Source: Wallemia ichthyophaga EXF-994 (lineage: Eukaryota; Fungi; Basidiomycota). Taken from it: a stretch of 32,000 nucleotides of DNA. Under the pieces are notes generated by a model that saw only the letters and a list, made by a program, of their open reading frames with translations, was not told where the DNA came from and made no database searches. The stretch spans positions 210,001 to 242,000 of the forward strand of contig NW_008806281.1 of NCBI RefSeq assembly GCF_000400465.1, given 5' to 3'. Below, piece by piece: positions 21,572 through 30,185 of the stretch (position 1 is its first letter; every line of letters starts with the position of its first letter). Position numbers and translations under genes: made by a program.

Positions 21572-22193
21572 CAGCCTTCTTTGCCCTCTCTGAAATGATC
21601 TTGGCACCCACATTTCTAACATTCTCCTCAGCGCGTTCAACACCAAGTGATTTAGCAGCTTTGTAGTTGTCTAGAGCGCTCTCCAGTTGCCCAGTTGCCT
21701 CACTGACGACGCCCAGATTAAAAGCGACTTCAGGGTCATCTGGGTTTACATCTCGTGCTTGAGTGAGGTACTCGAGTGCTTTAGCTGGGTTGGAAGGCGA
21801 TGACAGTATATGGGCAGAAGCGAGGTTCGATAGGAGGTCAGAGGTGGGCTCGATAGCCAGGCTTTTCTCCCAAGTGGCTATAGCGCCTTGAATGTCCTTG
21901 GTATAGAATTGAGTCACGCCCAAATTGAACAAACCCATAGCTGCAGTTTTTCCTTCCTTTTGTATATCAAGCGATCTTTGGTACTTTTCTTTGGCGCCTT
22001 CAACGTCACCCTCATTAAGTACTCTAGTGCCTTCCTCAATTTCATCAATAGCCTGTGCCTCTGGATCGAATGAATATCCAGATGCTTTGCGGATAGTGAG
22101 TGGAGTGAGTGGCTTGGAAAATGATTTCAAGGTAGGCTTGACGATGCTAGCACTCCTATTAATACTCCTCGCTAATCCTGCGAATCTAAACAT
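21558..22193 (-). CDS. Tetratricopeptide-repeat protein with a predicted mitochondrial presequence, 211 aa, function unknown
   Basis: R/K/S-rich, acid-free N-terminus (MFRFAGLARSINRSASIVKPTLKSFSK). TPR helices GLFNLGV..GAIATWEKSLAIEP, LSNLA..AKALEYLTQARDVNP and VAFNLGV..ESALDNY. Confidence 0.75.
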   Translation of the reverse strand: MFRFAGLARSINRSASIVKPTLKSFSKPLTPLTIRKASGYSFDPEAQAIDEIEEGTRVLNEGDVEGAKEKYQRSLDIQKEGKTAAMGLFNLGVTQFYTKDIQGAIATWEKSLAIEPTSDLLSNLASAHILSSPSNPAKALEYLTQARDVNPDDPEVAFNLGVVSEATGQLESALDNYKAAKSLGVERAEENVRNVGAKIISERAKKAEQEE

Positions 22194-22263
22194 TTTAGTT
22201 GAGATGAGCGTCGTCTTCTCCCTTCAACTTGAAATCCAATCAAAGAGGCAAATATATTGATTC

Positions 22264-23036
22264 ATGTGGCCATTCACCAAGCAAGACACTAGCAATTCTA
22301 CAGCTTCTGATTTGGCTCCAGACACCACCTTATCCAGCACACAGCCCATCAATACACAGCCCACCAACACCCGCACACAACCCACTGCCACTCAAGCCAC
22401 CTCTGCCCAGGATGTACTCTCAATTGACCCAACAACCCTCCATCCAATGGCAGACGTCGGCGATAAACTCGATTACCTCTTACTAGACGATGAAAAGCTG
22501 TCCGAGTTGCCTGGCTCGGAGACGGCGCTGCCTTCTCGTGGCTGGTCAGATGACCTCTGTTATGGCGTTGGTACTACTTATGTTTCTGGTCTCGGTCTTG
22601 GTGGTTTATGGGGTCTGAGAGAGGGTATGAATAAGAAACTCGCTGCGCCTGTAACGAGGTTGAGGGTGAACGCAATTCTCAACAGTTTGACCAAGCGTGG
22701 CTCATTTATTGCCAATTCTGGTGGTATCATTGGTCGGTGACAGTCTCTACCAATCGCAATTCTAACACTCCCACCAGCTATGGTTTACAACATGACAAAC
22801 TCCTCTCTCGACAGCATAAGAGGTAAGCACGACGTGCTAAATTCCATGGGCGCTGGTGCATTTTCGGGTGCTTTATTCAAATCCACGGGTGAGTTCGGAG
22901 TCTGAAACTATCGGTCTTATGAAACATCTGGCTTACGAATTATATTTCAGCCGGACTCAGACCAATGGCGATATCCGCAGGTATTTTATCCACAACCGCA
23001 GGTGGCTGGTCGTTGTTCAAGAGGAGTATTTTGTAA
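22264..23036 (+). CDS. TIM23: Mitochondrial import inner membrane translocase Tim23, ~221 aa; exons 22264-22732, 22778-22888 and 22951-23036
   Basis: LPSRGWSDDLCYGVGTTY..GLGLGGLWG, RLRVNAILNSLTKRGSFIANSGG and RGKHDVLNSMGAG..SGALFKST|AG. Introns 22733-22777 and 22889-22950. Confidence 0.95.
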
Positions 23037-23368
23037 TGTTAATCAATTCTTACTTTCAACTATTTTTGTGTATGATACCTGTGACTTGTGTGCCTGGTGA
23101 AGTTTTTACCAGGGACTGAGCCAAGTTTCAGCTCAATATTACTGCGTCCTTTAATTACTTTGCTTTGAAACCCCTCAAGCACCGCCACCGATCAACTTGA
23201 GTTGCGCGCATCATCGTGCATAAATTGCGCTGTCCCAGCGTGTCGGTCCTCTCGTCTAATCAGATCAAAACGTACGAAACCAACTAAATCAGGGCAAAAA
23301 GTTTGAAACAGTAAATGATCTTCGGTTCGACGGGTTGTAAGTTTGTTGGCAACTTTCGCTCATCAGTC

Positions 23369-24228
23369 ATGTCCAAGCTTAGCTTAAATTCCATAGTCTC
23401 CAGCCCGAGTGACGACGACGACAAGAAGACGAACAGCAGAAGCTCACAGGATAGTTTGAATGGGTTAGAAAATAACATTTATTTTGATTTCTTTCCTAAT
23501 ATTCTTTATTCCAGCCGCACCCACGCACTCGAGATCATCCAGTCTCCACTACGCTCGGCAGCATTTGGATCTAGCTATTACAGTCGATTACCGCTGTCAC
23601 CGGCGCTAGTAGTAAGATTGGTGGTGAGGAATGCAGAGGGTCATGCTGTTGATATGTGCGTTGGAGTTACACAATCCGCCACTATCTAATCACCCCTATA
23701 GTCACGAGGAGTTGCCCTTCTACGTTTGTCACGCTTCGCTACTCTCAGAAGACGCAGAGTCCCACGTAGACGTCACGCAGCCCACAGAAGACGCAGATAG
23801 CGTTCCTTTGAGAATGTTGTATGGTGCACTCGTCACTACCCCTTACCAGGCACGCGGTGAGGTGGTATTCCCGTTCACAGACCTCGGCGTACGCGTCTGT
23901 GGCATCTATCGACTGAAAATATCCCTCTTCAGATTGGCAAGGTACGCCAGCTTTATTAATTTATACGTCATAATCTCAATCACACAATAGGCCAGGCTCA
24001 GAGATCAGCTCGAGCACTGCTTCCGAGACACTGTCGACTGCGATAACTGATACGTTCGAAATTGTCGAGTTGTGCAAGTATGAGGCTCCAGGTGGGGTGG
24101 ATGTTTGTGGAAATTACCTTTGCTGACAAATTTGCAAATTTGCAAATACAGCCATTACCAACTTGTCTTATGAGCTGCATGCAGCGGGTGTACCAATACA
24201 AATCCCAGACAATCAGCAGACAATCTAA
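23369..24228 (+). CDS. Small velvet-domain protein (~217 aa); exons 23369-23463, 23515-23655, 23702-23941, 23991-24091 and 24152-24228
   Basis: Spliced product contains RTHALEIIQSPLRSAAFG..SRLPLSPALVVRLVV, LPFYVCHASL, RMLYGALVTTP, VVFPFTDLGVRVCGIYRLKISLFRL and TDTFEIV..PAITNLSYELHAAGVPI, which parallel velvet boxes 1 and 2. Four GT-AG introns give an intact frame (654 nt). Confidence 0.8.
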
Positions 24229-24601
24229 CGTTGGATAACTTGGGTAGGTTGTCGAAGGCGTCTGATTACCACCACTCCATCCAATCCCAAACGAGTGGAT
24301 GTGTGTGGAAGTGCACCAAGCCAATAAAAATGGCTCATTTAAATCTAGCTAGCTTAACTGTACATTGTGTATTAATACTGAAATTTATTCAAGTCGACCC
24401 CATCTGCTGTAGAGGTACAATGGAATTTTCTTTCTTGAGAAGTTAAGGGGAACTGTAGGCAGAGGTACTCTAGACTATAATAATTGCTCCGATAAACTTT
24501 GTATATGATAAACTTGAAAAAATTCTATTTATAGTTGACGCGCGTTAGGCTTAGTCTCACAAATCAAGTAAACTAAGTTTGTTTATAAAGTCAAGCAAGC
24601 T

Positions 24602-25024
24602 ATGTCTGCAAACGATGCACGTAGGATTTTGTAGTACACGCAACACATTAACGCGGCTACAGTATTACAACCAGGGTGGACAGCAAGGCGGCTATTACCC
24701 GTCAGTTGAAATAAAGATATAAGATCGTCATGACTAACCAACAGCACAGTCCACCACCTCCCCAAGCATACGGTGGACAGGGATACGCACCTCAACAGCC
24801 ATACGGGGGCTATGCACCACAGCAGCCGGTGAGTCAAGTATTTCTAGTTTTGATGTTATAGGTGTCTGAACTCTATACAGATGTACGTTCAACCCCCACC
24901 CCAAGAGAAAGGCGGTGGCGGCGGTGCTGGTAGCAGTGCGTGTTGCGGTTGCTGTGCTTGTCTCGCCGGTATTTGCGCTTGTTGCCTTTGTGAGGATATT
25001 CTCTGTATCGAGGCGCTTTGCTAG
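24602..25024 (+). CDS. CYSTM (cysteine-rich tail-anchored) small protein, 91 aa; exons 24602-24616, 24663-24700, 24750-24828 and 24881-25024
   Basis: Spliced: MSAND|YYNQGGQQGGYYP|PPPPQAYGGQGYAPQQPYGGYAPQQP|MYVQPPPQEKGGGGGAGSSACCGCCACLAGICACCLCEDILCIEALC*. This is a P/Q/Y/G-rich N-terminus plus a Cys-rich hydrophobic tail. The model requires a GC-AG first intron. Absent from the ORF track. Confidence 0.85.
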
Positions 25025-25235
25025 GCGGGTGAGTGAGCGCACAACACCACACACATACCAGATATCACATATGAACATTTCTCGTTAGCATTTTAGAAAT
25101 GCACAGATGCAATCATTTATTCATTTAACTCCTTTGTTTCCTTGCTTCCTTTGAGTGATTTGCACGTGCTTGTTGCACCTCTGAGACTCAAGCTTCACGA
25201 TAAAGTCGAAAACGTCATCTTGAGGTACAACAACG

Positions 25236-26647
25236 ATGATTGCACCCGAAGAGAATGGAAATGTTCATGCCGGTGGATACGATGCACACGATACACAAGC
25301 TAAGAGGAAGACGATTGACAACCCGAATACTGCGAACGAAACCGTGAAATCTTTAAAATTGGATAATGACAATGTAAACAATGTAAACAACGCAAACAAA
25401 ATACTCCCACCAACTAATTGGAACTTGGATGTTATAAAGGATCACTATATCCGCTTGGATCCACGTTGGGCTCGCTTGTTTGAAGCTATCCCATGCAAGC
25501 CCTTCGAGCAGGATCTCAAGAAGCCGATAAATCCATTCAGAGTCATCTGCGACTCAATACTAGCTCAGCAAATTTCCTACAAAGCATCCAAGGCGTGGGT
25601 AAAGCAGGGGCAAAGATGACGTCACTAATACTCCCCAGCGTCTGCTACAAATTCGTTAGATACTACTTCCCACACCTTCCCGAAAATCGTGAGGGTGATC
25701 CTGAAGAATTCCCATCTCCAGAACAAGTCGCCAACACAAACGTTTCCAAGCTTCGAGTGGGGAATATCACAATCAACACACATTAAGTTGCTGACGAGTT
25801 GCTTAAACAGGAGATTGGATTCTCCGTAAGAAAGGGAGAGTATGGTGAGTTGAAATAACTCATAAACCTTGCTTATTTAACACACCACAGCCATCGGTCT
25901 CGCAAAGGCTTTCGTGGAGGGTAAACTTACATCCCAAAAACTCGTCGAGGCGTCTGATGAGGAATTGATGAAGATGCTAACCGATATTCGCGGTATTGGT
26001 CCTTGGACAGTTCATGTTGGTGCAGCAATACCCTTTTATTTGACATATCCCCTCACATCTGCATAGATGCTGAGTATATTCATGCTCAGAAGAACAGATA
26101 TTCTACCAACCGCTGATTTGGGTGTGCAAGCTGGGCTTGTGAAACATTTTCTAGGGTCAGAGCTAGAACTGGCGAAAAGGCACAGACAGCTTAAGGTGGA
26201 TGAGGTAGACGAGGAGAGAATTACGAAACCAGATGACAACATAAAAGGTGCACAGCAGTCAGTGGTCAAGCTTACATCTGATAAGGATTTATCGGAGAAT
26301 GTTGAACCTGAATTACCCCCGGCAGCTATTGAAATGGGGTTGAGTGTGAAAGTTCTGCAACAGCGACTGAAGAAGCGATTGAAGTGGGTACTCAACACGT
26401 GAATTGGGTTCATTCATGCCGATGCTTATGCTTTTGCTATATTCAGGGTCGGTTATCTCACGCCGGAGGAATGCGAGGCGCTAACAAGTGAATGGAGACC
26501 ATGTAAGTGTTTATTGGAGAACTATAATGTTACTTACGCGTGTCAATAGATCGAAGCATTGGAGTTTACTGTGAGTCTGAACCACACCAACCAACCCAAC
26601 TAACGCCAGATCCAGATATGTGGCTAGTTAAAGGAGATTCAGCATGA
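25236..26647 (+). CDS. MAG1: DNA-3-methyladenine glycosylase (HhH-GPD family, Mag1/AlkA-like), ~353 aa, 8 exons
   Basis: PFRVICDSILAQQISYKAS, FPSPEQV, GFSVRKGEY, HhH motif IRGIGPWTVHM, ILPTADLGVQ (catalytic Asp) and WRPYRSIGVYYMW. Introns 25595-25638, 25757-25810, 25845-25890, 26016-26066, 26384-26446, 26503-26549 and 26571-26615. Confidence 0.92.
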
Positions 26648-26906
26648 TATGTAGTGTACAAATGAATAAATAATTTGATAAAATTTTAGCTCAAATCGAG
26701 CTTCTTCGTTGAGACCCCCCTGCTTTAGATATATACTCACTGAGATAAAATATATGTGAGTATTATGAATAACGCGTAAATGCGTCTAATTCGTCGCAAG
26801 GTCCACAAAGAAATCTCAACAGCGGCCGTCTATCAAGCATCCTCATGACTACGTCGGCTCACAGCAGATATCATCGCCTATACTACCAACAGGCCAGCGC
26901 AGGTCG

Positions 26907-29183
26907 ATGCATCCCTCAATTGACTTTCGTAATGTTAATCTAGAGACTCAGTTTGGCGAGTACAGGCCAAAGCGCACGGCTCCATCACCGCCATCACATC
27001 CCATAACCAATCAAGCGCAGACGCATTCACAAGCGCACACTCTCAATGACATTGACTTGGGGCCACCGCTATCAACGTCTTTCACCACTCTCCCTTCCAG
27101 CGCCAGCAACAGCTTCTCACCTTGCACCGAACCTTCTTCTTCTCCCTCCACCCACGATACCGAGCAACAAACATCAAAACCTATGTCCAATTCCCTGTCC
27201 CCCCCACCGCTCGTTCATCAGAACAGCAGCCCTGTTGCTCTTATGGACAAGAGCAATCACGTCCACGAGGTGCACTCGAACACTCCCCCACAATCCCCTC
27301 AAAGACCTCCTGTCTTGCAGCGCTCAGCTACTGTTTCTGGCAATGTAAAAACCAGAGACACCTTCGATAAGGACAAGAAACGAGGCGTCTTCTCCGGTTT
27401 CGCCTCTTCGCTTTCTGATTTACTTCAGTTGCAAAAAAAGCCAGAAATCTCAACTCCTTACGATCCTGTACATTTGACGCACGTTGGTTTCAATTCTGAC
27501 ACTGGAGAATTCACTGGCTTGCCTAAAGAGTGGCAGCAGCTCTTACAGGACTCTGGTATTTCCAAGCAAGACCAAGAAGCTAACCCGCAAGCTGTTATGG
27601 ACATTGTCGCCTTTTATCAAGACGCTCAGAATGCTCAATACGGCGTTGACAATCAAGTATGGAAAAAGATGGGTGGTGTTCCTAATGGCCCTCCTAACCC
27701 TAAGGACAAAACGTGGATAGCCAGACCTGCTCCCCCACCTCCGGGTCCTCCAGCCAGGTATGGCAATACGCGCGCAGCTCCACCACCACCGCCACCTATG
27801 AATAAAAGTGTTTCGAATCCTGGCTCAGTTAGAGGTGAGACAGGTAAGGGTGAAGCTCCTAGACCTGCACCACCCCCACCTCGTCCAACGCCACCTCCAC
27901 AACTTGATAGGTCAGTCTCGCACCGTATCCCACCAAACCCTACTTCGGCGTCACAGACTCTCGAGAGAGCTAAATCTCATCAGACGAAGCCAGCTGTTGT
28001 ACCAAACATGACTTCATCGTCAACGCCATACAGTCGTGCACCTCCACCTCTGCACAACCCACAAGCATTGGGTAAACAACCCTCTGCAGCTTCTGCCGCA
28101 CTCACCAGAGCTGCGGAAAAGACCAACAAGGCTATACCACAAATACCAGGCTCATTGCAGCCCCATCAAACACAAGGTCATCCTAATCATGGTCCAGGTC
28201 CAGTACCTCGCAGAAGAGAGAATAACGGATCAAATAAACAGTCAGAGGCTGAAATTATACAAAAATTACAATCAATTTGCACAGACGCAGATCCTACAAA
28301 ACTTTACAAGAATCTTTTAAAGATTGGTCAAGGTGCTAGTGGAGGTGTGTACACTGCTTACCAATCTGGAACTAATCTCTCCGTTGCTATTAAACAAATG
28401 AATCTCGAGCAGCAGCCAAAGAAAGATCTCATTATTAATGAAATTATAGTAATGAAATCATCTCGACATGTGAACATTGTCAACTATATCGACAGTTTCC
28501 TCTTCAAAGGAGATTTATGGGTGATAATGGAGTATATGGAAGGTGGTTCACTGACGGATGTTGTGACGTGTAATATCATGACAGAAGGACAGATTGCGGC
28601 TGTGTCAAGAGAAATTTTGGAAGGATTGAGACACTTGCATGAACATGGGGTGATTCACAGGGACATAAAATCAGACAATATTTTGCTATCTATGCAGGGA
28701 GATGTTAAGCTGACAGACTTTGGTTTCTGTGCGAGGATTGGGGAGAATGCATCCCATGCCAAGAGAACAACAATGGTTGGAACACCTTACTGGATGGCGC
28801 CGGAGGTGGTGACGCGTAAAGAATATGGGAGTAAGGTCGATGTGTGGTCGCTTGGTATACTTGCGATTGAAATGATTGAAGGAGAGCCACCATACCTGAA
28901 TGAGAATCCTCTTAGAGTGGGTGAAATTGGATAAAATTTACAAGTCAACTCACATACATTTCAGGCCCTCTACTTGATTGCAACTAACGGAACACCAAAA
29001 ATACAAAGCCCAGAGAATTTATCACCAGTGTTTAGAGACTTCCTTGCTCGCTGTCTGGAAGTAGATTACGAGAGGAGAATGAATGCATTCGATATGCTCA
29101 GACATCCATTCTTGAAGATGGCTGAACCATTAAGAACTCTAGGACCATTGATAAAGGCGGCAAGGGAGCAATCGAAGAAGTAA
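26907..29183 (+). CDS. STE20: PAK-family Ser/Thr kinase Ste20 (CRIB, Pro-rich linker, kinase, G-beta-binding tail), ~742 aa; exons 26907-28916 and 28965-29183
   Basis: [18 protein letters not shown]; kinase motifs [23 protein letters not shown] and [12 protein letters not shown]; C-terminal LGPLIKAAR. No PH domain, so not Cla4. Intron 28917-28964. An alternative start at 26845 is possible. Confidence 0.93.
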
Positions 29184-29551
29184 TGATAGTAAACACGGAC
29201 ATTATATCAAACCATTTCAACTAACGATAGTAGTACGTTTAACTGCGTATAATACTTTTCAACAATTTTTCAACAATTTTTCTAATTACAGCTGTACTTT
29301 TTAACTTGCTGCTCGCGGCAAGATACATACCAATTGCTCCAATATTCAAGACAAATGATCAAAACATTGAATTATTTCATATTTATTGTTATTTTGTTAA
29401 TAAAATTCATGTTACGATGCATTCTTTTAGAGTGTCTGGGATCTCCTAGAGGTGGAGTGGGGTGGTAAACAAAGACAGTATTCAAAGACAAGAAAACAGC
29501 GCGTCAAATTTATGAAACGTTCAATGTATTATGATGATAGAGAAATTCAAA

Positions 29552-30100
29552 TCAACCCGATTTGAAGATTAAGAAAGCCATTGAGGTTCCCATGTAGAAA
29601 TATATCTATTGAGTTTGTCAGTTGATTTTATTTAAAGAATTGAATAATAAACTAACAAAATGATTAGTTTCTATTGAAGTAATGAATATACACGTTAGAT
29701 TGGAATGAATATTCACTCACCGTGCGTAACGAATGATCCAAATGATTTACCAACGACGACGTGCCAAGTTGCGCCATGAACTCTATCGAACTCCTTTTTT
29801 ATGAAGCTCGCAATATCTTTTTCAATATTGTACTTTTCTAAAGCATTTGAGCTGTATAAGTGAGATTTGAATGTTTAAGCTAGGGGCAAGAAACCCACGT
29901 GATATCAATAGCAGATTGTTGTAATTCTTGTGACATATCAACATTCTATGAATCAATATTAACGTTTACATCAATCAATAAGGGTATTTGACTCACTTTG
30001 ATAACAGCTTTTGGAATCTTTGCTTTGTCTTCTTTGTTGGGAGCACCAGTCCTAAGAAACTAAGTCAGTGCTTGTACATCTAGATATCTTATAAATACAT
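29552..30100 (-). CDS. DYN2: Dynein light chain LC8, 100 aa; exons 30099-30100, 29997-30051, 29899-29945, 29721-29851, 29657-29670 and 29552-29605
   Basis: Spliced: [19 protein letters not shown]|[16 protein letters not shown]|[44 protein letters not shown]|TNHF|[17 protein letters not shown]. Five 47-51 nt GT-AG introns, 303 nt in total. Absent from the ORF track. Confidence 0.93.
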
Positions 30101-30185
30101 TTTCAATTTTACAAGTTGACGATCCTGGTTAAAGAATAGCCTTGCTACTAACGTCCAACACATTCCAGTGAAATTACTCAAAATA

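Noticed and set aside
21053-21646. 197-aa minus-strand ORF with an SNM repeat
   Set aside because: It is an off-frame read across the TPR gene end, the 9-mer array and PIF1 exons; the real PIF1 frame is different.
23324-23330. GGTTCGA resembling a tRNA T-loop
   Set aside because: No acceptor stem, D-arm or A-box can be built around it.
6271-26647. Apparent genome-maintenance cluster (NASP, DCC1, RRD1, PIF1, MAG1)
   Set aside because: These genes are interspersed with unrelated housekeeping genes and show no shared motif; expected by chance at this gene density.
26772-26777. ACGCGT (MCB-like) sites here and at 24538-24545
   Set aside because: They are not upstream of the replication or repair genes (PIF1, DCC1, MAG1), and other copies fall in introns or CDS; consistent with chance.
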